64,000 bases of DNA from an uncultured virus (IMG/VR IMGVR_UViG_3300033121_001188) (lineage: Duplodnaviria; Heunggongvirae; Uroviricota; Caudoviricetes): IMG/VR virus record IMGVR_UViG_3300033121_001188; one strand, given 5' to 3'. The notes beneath the pieces are model-generated. The model did no database searches and was not told the DNA's origin. It worked only from the letters and a program-made list of their open reading frames with translations. Positions 50,839-63,200 of this stretch are shown here, one piece after another. Both the position numbers and the translations under genes were made by a program. How positions within the stretch are numbered: position 1 is the first letter of the stretch; every line of letters starts with the position of its first letter.

Positions 50839-51840
50839 TTAATATTTTCCTCCGTATCCCGCCAATCAAGCATTTAATAATAGATTGGTTGCTTGCGCTA
50901 CGGTGTTACTCTGTTGCGGTACTTGTTGTGTATTTGTTGGTATTCATTGTAATGCTGCGTTTGCTGGGGTTTGTTGAACGTTTGTCGTTGCCGCTCATCA
51001 CTGCGCCGTCTTAGGTGCATACAACTGATTCAATTGTAGCTGTCTTTGTAGCTGTTGGTCGCTCAGCAACATGTTTGTAAGATTCTGTCATAGATTAGAT
51101 CCTATTTGGAAGTTCTGATCTGCGAGAGATTTTACATAGTCGTCTTGTGTGCCTTTGTAATTCTTCAAGTAATCACTTACTCATGCATTGTACAATTGGT
51201 TTATGTTCGATATTTGCTGATTCTGCGCCTCTAGTAGCTTTAACACGTCTGCCTGATTTGCTGATTCTTGTTGCGCGGCCACCTGTGCTACGCCACTTCA
51301 ACTAATTCAATATTTACTTGCCAAAGCAGAGTTTAATAACCTTTGTTGCTGGTCCCTTCTACCAAGATAGTTTCCGTATTGAGAGAAGTAATCGTTAATT
51401 CTTTGTCTCGCCGCTCACTCTGGTCCGTATTCTTTTGTAACAGTTGCTAACTGATCGGCAAGCTTTCCTAATACGTCTTTATTCAGTCATTGATATATAT
51501 CCTCCCTTTGTTTTGACAAATCTTGTACCATCTGTCCAAGAGCTCAGTACTGCTCTGTTATCGTTCCATAATACTGATCTCTTTCGGAAAGGAATTGTCA
51601 TACTTGGCGAAGAGCATCTGCCAATGCAGTATTTCCTTGTTGTTCTGCTTGGTCTGCTTGATTCTTCAGAGCATCTGCGGCACTGCCTCATGTTGGAGTA
51701 TTCTTTGTGGCCTTTATACCGTACTGGTTGTTGCCTATCATTCTTTTCTTTTCGCCAGAACCCGCATCAGTTGTTTTTGTTGCTGACGTTGGTACTGATA
51801 TTCTTTTCTTTCAAGTAACTGGATTTATAATTATAGCCAT
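50839..51840 (-). CDS. Gln/Ala-rich coiled-coil internal virion (ejection-like) protein
   Basis: 333 aa; call rests on composition and position. Confidence 0.55.
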
Positions 51841-51841
51841 G

Positions 51842-52090
51842 TTATATTTGCTTTAGCACATTATCAATAGCCTGTTTCTTGGCTTCTTTTATTGCATTCT
51901 GTTCGTCTTCTTCTGACTTTTTTTGCTGTTTGAAGTCGTGAAACTTCTTTTCTGCTTCCTCGAATCCCAATTTTTCTAGATCACTTTTTGCCATATTGTA
52001 CTCTGATGAACCAACTGGGTTGTTCTCCATTACTTCTTCAAGAAATTGTTTCATAGCTAGTTTGTCTAGATATTCTTCTACTACGCTCAT
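51842..52090 (-). CDS. Small coiled-coil protein
   Basis: MSVVEEYLDK...; preceded by the late motif. Confidence 0.6.
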   Translation of the reverse strand: MSVVEEYLDKLAMKQFLEEVMENNPVGSSEYNMAKSDLEKLGFEEAEKKFHDFKQQKKSEEDEQNAIKEAKKQAIDNVLKQI

Positions 52091-52127
52091 ATTATTAGAT
52101 GATTTAATCAATAAAATAATGCAGTAT

Positions 52128-54416
52128 CTAAGCACATGCCCAATTTCTATGTGGATCACATGGCTTCACATATCACCCCGCCTCTCTTGCCCATCGCTTT
52201 TCGCAATCAATAACGCGGTCGTAGTCTCCTGTCTTATATTGAGTCATTACTCACCCAAACTCTACATTGTCAGTGAATCTAAGCTCAAATATGAACATAT
52301 TTCATTCCATTCAGTTTAGGTTCGTGTGCAGATTGACAAAGTCAGCAAGGAAGTATTTCTTATCTTCTATGCAGATGCAATGTTCTCATACTGGCTGTAT
52401 ATCAGCACATTCGCACGTTTCTGTTTCTGGGTAGACAAATGCTGATCACTCGCATGGGTTATCGAACGTCTCTCAAGCCTTGAGCTTCATTATGGTGCAT
52501 TTAGGAACCGTTATATCTGTTGCTCAAGCCGCTATCTCCGTGACTGATAGAACATAAGGATTCTCCTCGAATCAATTCACTTCGAATAATGGCTTATACA
52601 GGTCTCTGTTTGAATATATTCTTAGCACCGTATTCTCTGTTGACTTTGTATTTCTTCCTATTTGCGTCTTGATTCGATCAAGTTGTTTATGAGAGAAGCT
52701 GTCTATTCTATTTGAGTCTCCTCATGAGATGTCATCACCTAAGTACCATCTTACTAATCACTCAACTAATACACCAGATTCTTCCGATCAATATGTCTTG
52801 CAGTCAACGTCTCAGCACTGCATATATAAAGAGTCTCCATAGTATTCATCTCCGTCTCTTCATGATATTTTGCCACAGCACGTATAGTGCTTAGTCCATA
52901 ATTTGTATCTCTTGTTATATGTTAGTATCTTTGTCTTTGGTCCGTTGCCTGTTTTATGGTTGATGAAAACCTTGAAATCGTCATCATCCGCCTGTAAATA
53001 TACATCGTCTCACGGCCTTAGAGGTCATCACTCTCTATATGTGCATATGTCTCCTATAATATACTTACAGAATCCATCATCAGTTAGGTCGTTTGTGGTG
53101 AATGCTAGTGTTCAGTACTGCGTAGGCTGTATAGATAAGGAATATATATGTCAGTTTGATCACACAAAATATAGGCTGTTTCCGTATTCGGTGTATGCCT
53201 TTCAACTTCCATCTGCATTTTGTCGTATTCAAAGGTTGTCCCTACTCTTATTTCAGTAAAGAGAGAATGTTGTTGATCAATCGGGTAAAACTATATAGAA
53301 AGCTCCAATGAAATCTTTTCCAAAATATACTCAATAGTTTTGAAACGATGTCAATCATATAATATTACTAGCCAAATATCAAAATCAGCTTAGCACTCAC
53401 TTCTGTATTCATGGAAGTGTGTATAGCAACGCTCCAGTTGCTCAGTCGTACCGAGCAAAATGGTTCACGCCGTTCTGTCCAGTATATGAAATTCATCCAG
53501 TATAGCACGATCACGTCAGTGATGGGACTGGCAGTAAGGAAGGGACTCATTCGTCACGCGGATCTGTTGTGGCAGAATCGTCATATGCAAATACTTTTAC
53601 TCAGTCACACGTATTGTATGCTACCGTTTCTCAGTAATCTGGGAAAATACCATACTTCACGTATTGGTACGTTAGATCTGGTGGTGAGATATATGATCAA
53701 GTTGTATCGGTCACTCATGGATACAAATTCCATGGGTCTTCCATTATAAGTTCTTGCGTTGTTGCATCATATGATAAAACCCTATTGACCTGTCATCATG
53801 CAACGTAGTTATTAGCATCGTATATATAAACGTAATCTCATGGCATTACACTATTGAAGTCAGCTCAGTTCCAGTTCCGAGTGTCGGTCCCGTTTGTGAC
53901 ATACCGATTTGCCAGCCTTCATTCTAGCACTGCATAACTTCAACTTATAACTTGTTTATTTTTTAGTATTCATTTTGTATTATTTTCCAATAGTGGAGAT
54001 CATCATATTGTGCTCTGTCTTGGTACTCACTTCACAAAGTCAGTAACGACTAGTCACGTAAATCATGTGCTACAAAGGCAATCTGTCTGCATCTGCCTCA
54101 GTGTACATGGGCTGTCTTCGTCTTTTATTAGCAATGCGGTTTGTCTATGATCAGACCTAACCCGCAGGTAGTATGTAAATCATCACTGTGTGACGGTATC
54201 TACTATACTTCATTTTGTTATGTCAATAGGATCGTGCGCAGTTGTCACATCGAAGTCCTTTTTAACATATCACTTTCTACGCTGTAGGAAAATCCTGTCT
54301 GTTGTCTTGATAGGAGAATATGGTGGTTTAACGACATCAACGTTTACCATATCACTATAGAACTCTGCAGATCATTCGATAAGTGGTCAGTATTGTAGTT
54401 TAGTTTCTTTTGCCAT
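52128..54416 (-). CDS. Putative tail nozzle/tube-like virion protein, about 762 aa
   Basis: Long frame open under the recoded table (ends checked, interior partly checked); podovirus-like position after the adaptor. Confidence 0.55.
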
Positions 54417-54565
54417 TCTGCTGTAGTTGCATTAGTATGTTTCATGTTTTTGTTCAAGAGTATGCATGATTTGCGTCATGCTCTTGCTTTTGTTCTTGTT
54501 CCTTTCTTTTATTATCAAGGAGCTCTTGCCAAAATGGGTGGAGTGTATCTGACATAGTTAGTATA

Positions 54566-55243
54566 TTAGTTAAATTTACGTGGTATATCCTTGTTGATAA
54601 ACTTTAACGATGATGGTGTGTCTGGTGAGTATATGTAGTGAAGCTTTTCTAGACTAGACTCAAAGTCGGCTCTTCGCCTTGCTTCTGTTCAATCTTTTCT
54701 TGTAAAATATTTAACTAACAGACCCAAGACTCCATACAAGTATGGAGGAAGGTCTATAGTTCATTCAACATCAGAAAAGCTTGTAATGTCCTTTCTGTAA
54801 TGGATGTATGCCTTTGATATTCATGGTGGCAACATATATGCTATATCTTTACCGTTTGGGCACAATAGATAGTAGTTTCACGTCCTAAGTTTTCCCATCC
54901 CAAAGGTGTTATTCATTTTTAATTTTCCAAAACCGCTGTCGCATAATCAGCAATTCTCGTCCTCAATGAAACACGTGCTGCACTGGTTACATACGGTCGA
55001 ACACGAACATGCACACGATTTCTCTGCGTAAAATCACATAACGTGGTATATTGGATATTGTGTCTGAAATGCATCTCAGCTCACGTCTATCTCTTCTCGT
55101 ACCTCAAATCATGGCAATGAGTAAAAATACGGCATAGCGAAAGACAAGACCATTCTCATAGCCTCTACTTCCCTTCAGCACTCGACTTCGTCCTTTGCCC
55201 AAAGATTTATAAAATCTTTTATTTTTATTGTTCCGCAATCCAT
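54566..55243 (-). CDS. Putative head-tail adaptor/tail tubular protein with Cys-rich insert
   Basis: 225 aa directly after the capsid gene; YIHYRKD..TIDLPPYLYGVL. Confidence 0.55.
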
Positions 55244-55323
55244 GGTATATAGCCTAATAATCAATCTAATAATGCAGTAAAACAAAAACCCAGCTAGGCT
55301 GAGTCTTTGAGCTACTATAAGGA

Positions 55324-56898
55324 TTAGTCGTCGTTGAGGTCAACATCTCCAGTAAGACCATCACATGTTGCTGGGTCTGTAGTAAGCATTGTAAGTGCAG
55401 TTGCACAAGTAGTTGCGTCACACATAGCTTTTGATTGGAAGTTAGTAACAAATTGATAAGCTCCGCTTCCAACATGTTTCCAGATTGAAGCAAATGTAAA
55501 GTTACCGATCATTTGAGTACAATCTGAGTGTCCAAGCGTTGCTTTGTTTACGTCTGCATTAGAGTAGAGTTCAACAGTTGGCATACCCTTGTTGTAAAGA
55601 GCTTCGATCTTACCGCCAGTTTGTGTAACACCTGCAATAGGCATTTGGTGGATAGAGAACATGCTCTTTGGGAAGAAGAAGAATACGCTATCATTGTCGA
55701 ATACAGCATCTAACAATTGAGAATGAACAAATGTGTATGTCAACCCCATGTAAGTGAAATACTGCCATCCTCTGTTGTTGTAAACAATTCTTTCTGTTTC
55801 GTTAGTGATGTCTCTGTAAAGAAGACCACCGTTTCCGAATTTTTCTCTAATTGCTTCATTCATGTCCCAGATAGCTTGCATAGCTTTGCTAGAGGCCCAA
55901 ACTACTACTTCTTCTCCGTTGTTGTACACACCAGAGTTCTTGATAGGAGTAAGTACTGCTCTTATAAGCTCTTGCAAAATATCTTCATCACATGTTGCAG
56001 ATGCACAGCACGCGTTAAAGTTGTGGAGGAATGTACCACATCCAGCGTCTTGCAATACTTGCATTTCGTTGAAGATACCCATTGTTTCAGCACCGTAATC
56101 AGTTGCAGAAATAGTTCTCTTAGGAATGTTTCTGTCGAAAATGATCTTGTTTGCTAATTGAATGTTGAAGTCAGCGATAACTGGTCATACAATCTCTTGG
56201 ATGTAATCAGAAATTTGGTCGCCGCTTTCGTTGTGGTATCTATGTCTATCGAGGTTAAGATCACAGATAGTGAAGTCGATACATACAGGAATTCTAGTGA
56301 AGTAAGAATTTTTCTTGATACTCTTGTAAGTGTATCTTGAAGTAGAGCAGTAAGTGTTTGTACAGTCACCAATAACACCAGTTTTACCAACCTTAGTAAT
56401 TGTGTCTCCTGCTGCCAAAGTTACAGCGCTGTCAAGAACGATTGTAGTTGGAGCAATTGCATCTGGAGTAAGATTTGATACTACTCTGAAGCTGATTGTT
56501 CCATCTGCTTTCTTGATTCTAACTTTGTCTCCAATGCTTAAACCGTTGAAGTTGTCATAAGAATCGATTTTTGATACTAGTACATTCGCAGTTGCTGAGA
56601 TTGTAGCAGTAACAGTTGCTTTAGAGAACATAGGTGTGTATGGTCTTTCGTACCATGTAAGTGCACAACATTTGTTAACCATCCATTCTGCTTTTGCGTC
56701 AAATGGAAGTCCTCTCATTTTAATTGTAAACATTGTTTCGCCGTTTTCCATAACTTCTGCATACGGATCGAATGCAAGATAGTTAATGTCTGGGAAAAAG
56801 CTTTGTGTAAGCGTAAATAAAGGCAAGCCTTCCTCTTGGAACGAATTCTGTAACTCGGTCCAGTCAAAACTTGCTACGCAGCTTTCGTTTGCTGACAT
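55324..56898 (-). CDS. Major capsid protein, 524 aa
   Basis: Two track ORFs joined by one TGA (56185-56187); follows scaffold and portal; ETMGI motif; biased codon use. Confidence 0.8.
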
Positions 56899-56959
56899 AT
56901 TAGTTTGTATAAATAATTATAAATAAAGATGATTTGCATCTCTCGAGAGATGGTAGCTA

Positions 56960-57658
56960 TTATGCTACGTATGCTTTTTTCTTGATTACGTTGCCGTAAT
57001 ACTTGAATTCTGGTTTTTGTGTTTTATTTGTGTCTTGAATATTAGCACTGAGTTTTTCTTCTGGGGCGATGATTTGCTTTCCGGCGAATAGTTCCAATAC
57101 TTTAGATGCCCTAACTCATAGATTTTCCTCTGCGTATTCTGCTATATATGACAGAAACTTTGTTTTTGTTGCTTCGTCTCTTTCTTTTTCAAAGTTATAG
57201 AGAGCCCTGATAAACAACTTGTGTTCTGGTAATACTTGCACAGATGATGATTTTAGTTCAAGGTTTTCTTGTAATAGCTCGACGTTCTTAGCTGTCAGTA
57301 GTTCTACGGTTTTCTTTAATCAGACATTTTCAACCTGTAGTTGTGCCTTTTCTGCGGCGTGTTGCTTTAGTGCGGGCAATAGGTCTACGTCTGCATTGTC
57401 TAGTTGTTCTTCCAATTCTTTTTGGATCTCTTCTTCAATTTCTTGTTTCGCTTCTTGTACGTGTTCTTCTACCTTCTTTTCAATTTCTTGTTGGATCTCT
57501 TCTTGCGATTCTGTTACGGCTTCTTCCGTAACTGTTGGTTCATCTGTTGTAGTGGTTTCTTCCTGTTGGTCTGGTTGTGTAACCTGTGTTTCTTCTGTTG
57601 TTGCAGTTTGTTCAGCGTTATCGATAACGCCAGCTGCCTCTAAAATGTTTTGTGACAT
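56960..57658 (-). CDS. Scaffolding protein (putative)
   Basis: Acidic E/Q/T-rich coiled coil between portal and capsid genes. Confidence 0.65.
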
Positions 57659-57807
57659 TTAATATAATGTTAATGATAATCTGAGGCATCTATACCTCTT
57701 TCGATTAGATAATACAGCGCCTAACATATATTTGCAAAAAAGTTCGTTATTTGACATTTTTTTGACATTTTTGCGCACAAAAAAAGAGCAAATGCCCTTT
57801 TATGTTA

Positions 57808-59814
57808 TTATATTGCTTGTCAAGATACAAGCGGTTGTGGTAGCTGTTGTTGCTGTGCCTGTTGTTGCGGTTGATACTGTATCCCAACTTTTTCAAATAA
57901 TTGCGCTCTAATATTTTCGTCTCATACGGCCAATATATCCTCTAGCCTCATTGTAAGAGATATATTAACTGGTTTAACCTCTGGTCATTCCACTGGAGGT
58001 ATATACTTATTCCTTATCTCTTCTGATTCTTTTAGATATTTATATCTTTCTTCTTGTTCCGCTTTTTTATCTGCTGGAGTTTGAATAAGCTCTGATATTC
58101 CAGCAAGCTCATATATCTTATCTACAAGAGCTCTATAGTTCGTTGGGTTCTCTCATGTTACTGGATCTGGTGGCAATCCCTGCACGTATTGTATGACGCT
58201 CACGAGCTGCTCTAATTTATCCGCGTTTCCTCCTATAAGGTCATCTGTGCGGAATGTTATGTTATATCAGTTAGATATATCTTTGACAGTAATTGATTGT
58301 ATTTCGTCATCAGACATCGAATCGTCTAGCTCTATGTCTTGACCATGAGCTTTTATAAGCAATACACACTTCTCAGCTGCATTTGAAAGGCTTGAAGATA
58401 TGTTGTTAACCAAGGATACTATCTTGTTGCTGCTTGCCTCGTATTTCAGCGATGCTCACTTTGAACTCCTTTCGATACCTCATGTTCCGCCCTCAGTATA
58501 TGGGTTTAATCACACCTTCGCATTAAACTTCGTTTCAACTCTGTCTAGCTCGCTAGATAGGGCCGCTATTTGACTTGGCTCTATCACTCTGACTGGCGAT
58601 ATTCATGCATTTGATTGTCATGGTGCAGCCTCAATGAATCATCGTGCCTTGTATGAAAATACTTGGCTATTATTCTTATTTCTTCATATCTCTGTTTCCT
58701 TAGAGAACATTGGATTACCAAGCATATTGATCGCTATCATCTTTGTCTCTTGAAGTCTATCGGCCTCTGCCTGATACGATGCTCACATGTCTCATAGTCC
58801 TGATCAGTACACTACTCATGGTATTATCTTGTTCCTAAAGTGGACTATTGGCGATCACTCAAACGCATATTGCGATGGTCACCGATAGATCATCTCTTGG
58901 TTAATAATAACGCAATTATATGTAACATATTTTCCGTTGGTCTCTTTTATGTCAACAAATAAGTCAATAACTTCAAAACTATCATCACTAATAGAATAGA
59001 ACTCTTTTTCACTTTGTATTTGTCACCTTTGTATTGCAGATAGTAGTGAATCTGTAGTGCGCTGCGCGTCACATATTACCTTGTTCTGATATGATTTAAT
59101 GTCCTTGACTCTGTTATAATCGTATAGATAGTATCATTCCTTATCTTTAATGAGATCTCGCTTTGTTGGTTCAATTGTATACAGCTCTCTTATCTGCTTC
59201 TCTGTCATGAAGCATCTGTCTCCTGATATTCTATTTAGTCAATACGGATCTATGATGGCGTCAAATACAGATACATATTTTAATACTGGATAACTCATAG
59301 AAACATCATGAGATACGACTTCCGTAGATCAATCCTTTTTCTTTTTATAGTTATCTACAATAGACAAGTTCTTGTTTTTCCACATGATCTTTAGGAATCC
59401 ATTTCCCGTTAACAGTGCTTCGTCAATAGCTTGGTTGATGGCAAGATTATTGTCCTCTCTTGAAAATATCCACTGGCAAGCCTTTTCGTACATCTTTGCC
59501 CCCTTGTTGTTTTTTTTACCAGCATACGAAGCGGCCCTTACCCTTTTTAGATTGAGCTTACTGAGCATTCAAGAAAATGTATTGTGCGCTCTTTCGATAA
59601 GATCTGTCTTGGAGTCAGGATTATACTGCCGCTCCAATCAAAGCTCCTTCAGCACAAGAAATCTTCTTGCGTTATATCACAACAAGTTTTCATAGTCCCT
59701 TATCCAGCATGGAACGTATTTGCTTTGTATGTACGAAGTACAAGAACTTGCCCGCGCAAGCATTTGGTCTCTTACTTCTTCTGGAGTGAGATTGTCTATT
59801 TTTTCGATATTCAT
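57808..59814 (-). CDS. Portal protein (P22/SU10-like), 668 aa
   Basis: AIDEALLTGNGFLKIMW, VSVFDAIIDP, Q-rich tail; size and synteny. Confidence 0.75.
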
Positions 59815-59833
59815 TTATTGTATAATACAGCTA

Positions 59834-60265
59834 CTAAAAGAATGTTCAGCCATCCGTGTTTGATTTTACTCTAGGTAATTCCCTTTTATCTATAACGACA
59901 GGGTCTTTCCCTCTGCTTATCCTAGTTATATCAGCCAAGGCCTTGAGTCACTTCAGCATTGCTCATTTTTCATCGAACATGTAATCTCTTTCCGTGTAGC
60001 TAACTAGTTTTTCCAGAAGATAGTCTACTACATTAGTAGAGTCTCAATCTGTTTTGTCACTTATTTTTTCAGACGCCTTTTGTCTTATTGCTGCTGTCAG
60101 CTCTTTTTCACTTCGGAATGCTGATTGATCTAATATTACTACTTCATTTTCTTGAGGGAGTATACTGGTCGACTGAGATTGCTGCTGTTGCTCATTTGAT
60201 AACTCCTCTGTAGTAGTTTGTTCTGTTGGTTTCGGCTCTTGTGAGCGCTTTTTCTTTACCGCCAT
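59834..60265 (-). CDS. Hypothetical protein overlapping the upstream gene
   Basis: 143 aa after TGA readthrough; overlaps the large gene by 233 nt. Confidence 0.5.
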
Positions 60266-63200
60266 TTAGTGTCCATGCTGTTGATAAAAGCTCGTAGTTA
60301 CGAGTTACAAATTTTTTCATATCCAATGCATCTTTGAATATATCTATTGGGTCATATTTACCTCATATTTTCTTTCATGACACTCTTCCTGATGTTCATC
60401 ATGACTTTGGAAGCGAATCGTCTTGCACTGTTTTTATTATGTATTCCTTTGCCCGATCGTTTATATAGTTAGATGATGCGAACAACTCTCACAAAGCCCT
60501 GTCTCCAAATTCTCTAAGCTCTGGGTATTTTCATGGGTTATTAGTGTATTCTAACAATGCATCGTAGTTATTTTTGAACATCTCTGTCATCACAACCGCC
60601 TTTGCATCTTCAGATATTGGCATTCATCTCACTGTTGACAATTCATCTCCCATAAATGCAAGCTTGAATCTAGCGGTTAACGAGTCCCTATCTCTCTTCT
60701 CTTTTTCGTTTTTGGGTTTTACGCCATCGTTGATATATATTTTGCTTGCCATAAGAGATAGCTCGGACAGCTCTCATGTTTTTGGAAGCTCTCACTTGGA
60801 AAGTCTTCAAAACATTTCTAGCCTTTTTTGTACATAGGCCTCTTCTCATGGCGTCGGCGTAATTCATACTACTCCTTCTTGGTATTTGTTTACAACTGTC
60901 ATATAAGCTGGATTGTTAGCGGCCTGCACCAATGGTAGAAGCTTTTCCGCAATAGCTAATTTTACATTTCTTCTGTATAGCTCGCTGGACGATTCTGATT
61001 TGTCAATTACGTCTATATACATTGTTCAGTCTGGGTTTAACCCTATTTCATGTTTCTTTTTCAACTGCTTGGCAGACAAACCAAATTCAGACTCTGATAT
61101 AAAGTCTCATTTTTTAACTTCTTTTATTCAGTTGACAGTGGCTATATATCAGTTTGCTGGTACATATACAATGTCTCATTTTGTTGCGCTATCTACTAAT
61201 TGGTTGGCCATATATGTTAACAACGCATAAGATGTTCATGGTCCTCAGTTTTTCAATAGACCAATTGCCTCTCAGTGTGCCTTCATAAGCTTATCTGTTT
61301 GGCTTCCAGCAACCTCCAAGAATTTTGCATACACGTCTCATCATCACATTGATTTCGCAAGAGTGGCTTTATAGAGATCTGTTATCTCGTCGTTTATTAC
61401 TGATCACTCTCCCTCAACTGCGGCCGTATTAAACACAACCTTAAACACAGCATCCTCAAACTTTTTCTCGTCCTTCGTATTACGATAGAGCTGCTGTCGT
61501 TTTTGTATTGCCGATTGGAGTACGTTGTCTCATGCGTAGAATCATCTGATTACAGTATCTGAGTTCAGCTTATCGACCTTCTCGTCTACTTTTTGCGCAA
61601 ATGGTAAAATAGACGCATAATCCTTTGTGTTGGATATAATAGTCTTGAATGCCTTTGTAATTGGGCTGTTTTTCCACAATAAGAATGGATAGTATATTCA
61701 CTTAGTCTCTGCGTTTAGTAATACATTGTTGTAATCCGCCCTTTCTCTTGCATTTGTTCTCATGATCGCTTGTTGTGACTCTAGGTTTAACGCTTCGTTG
61801 AACTCCCAGTTTTTTTCTGAGAATAGCGCATCTCAAAGAGTTCCTTCATCATCAATTGCGATGTTTCTTTTAATTGTATTTACGTTTGCGAAAAAAGTCT
61901 GTGAAATAGCTTCTGTGAAGTAATCTCGTCCTTTGCCGTCTGTGGTCGCAGCGGCTCATACGAGTCCAGTAACTAATCTAGATACGGCTGGTAGCAATCT
62001 AATTTGTCTGCCAAACTCCCTAATAGACTGGTTAAGTCACTTATATAATGCGAACTTTGTTCAAGCGTCTAGGTATCAGTCTATTGTCTCAACCACTACC
62101 CTTCAGTATGAATTCGCCATCACTCAAGCACTCAGTAAAGAAAAGTTCGCTAGATTGGATAATCTATCAATATAGTTCTTGTCTGGCCTTCATTGTATCC
62201 TATTTATTCTCTGCTCTCGTAGCAATCAGTTCAAAAGCATTGCCATTGCAGCTTGAAACTCTAGCGCTCAAAGTCCATCTGTAAATTGTGATAACGCTTC
62301 CTTTACTCAGCCGTTCCTAAATCAGTTCACGGCTCATACGAACGGCGTTGCAAAGTTTCTGGCATGGGCTTTCATGACGGCCAATCACCATCATCCCATA
62401 TACATTCGTAGCCTATTAGCGGTAGCGGCGATAGACTCATTTTGAGCCTCTTGTGCAAACTTAGCAGCGCTGAATCATCTTAGTGTTGGCATAAAAACAT
62501 TTTCTGCCCTATCTGCTATCTTCTGTAATAGATCTGCTTTTCAAAGTGCGTCTGCCTGTCTATATTGTGTCAAAAATGCCTTTACTCATCAGAACTTCTC
62601 GGCTGCGGCTTGGAAGGCAAGCTTCTTTACTTCTGGATCGAACACAGCTTCTGCAATATCTCACGTGTTAGATACGTTTGGCTGAAACTTGCTATTCAAC
62701 AGATTATTTTTATACGATCTTATAACGCTGCCTATTTGCCTCCAAGCCTGTACTCATTTTTGATATGTGTCCTTATTTAGGCCAGTTGTTGTAAACTCGT
62801 CTAACTCTAAGAACGCCGTATTGTTACGTATGTATCCTTCGTTGATCATTAACTCTAGCATCTCAGAAACATCTTGATCGGAGTCAAACAACAGTCTGGA
62901 AAATGTTGCATACTGTGTTTTTGATTGAATGGCTTGTGGTATAAACTGATAATGGCTTAATATGGGACCAAATATTTTCGCAGCCTTACTAATTCGCTTA
63001 ACCCCCCTATAAACCCCCCTTTGCACTGCTCACCACGCTCATGCAAGTTCCTCTAGGCTCTTTCATCATAAGTGCTCTAGTATGCCAGTTAGTTCGTTTA
63101 CCTTTACGTTCCAAAATTCGTTTGTTTGTATATATCTTGCAAGGTCTGGAGATAGTTGCTCGTAGCTTGCGAATATGTCATTTCACGTAAAGAACTTCTC

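Noticed and set aside
59834..60265. Terminase small subunit call
   Set aside because: Position is suggestive but I recognised no motif, and no large terminase is in the window.
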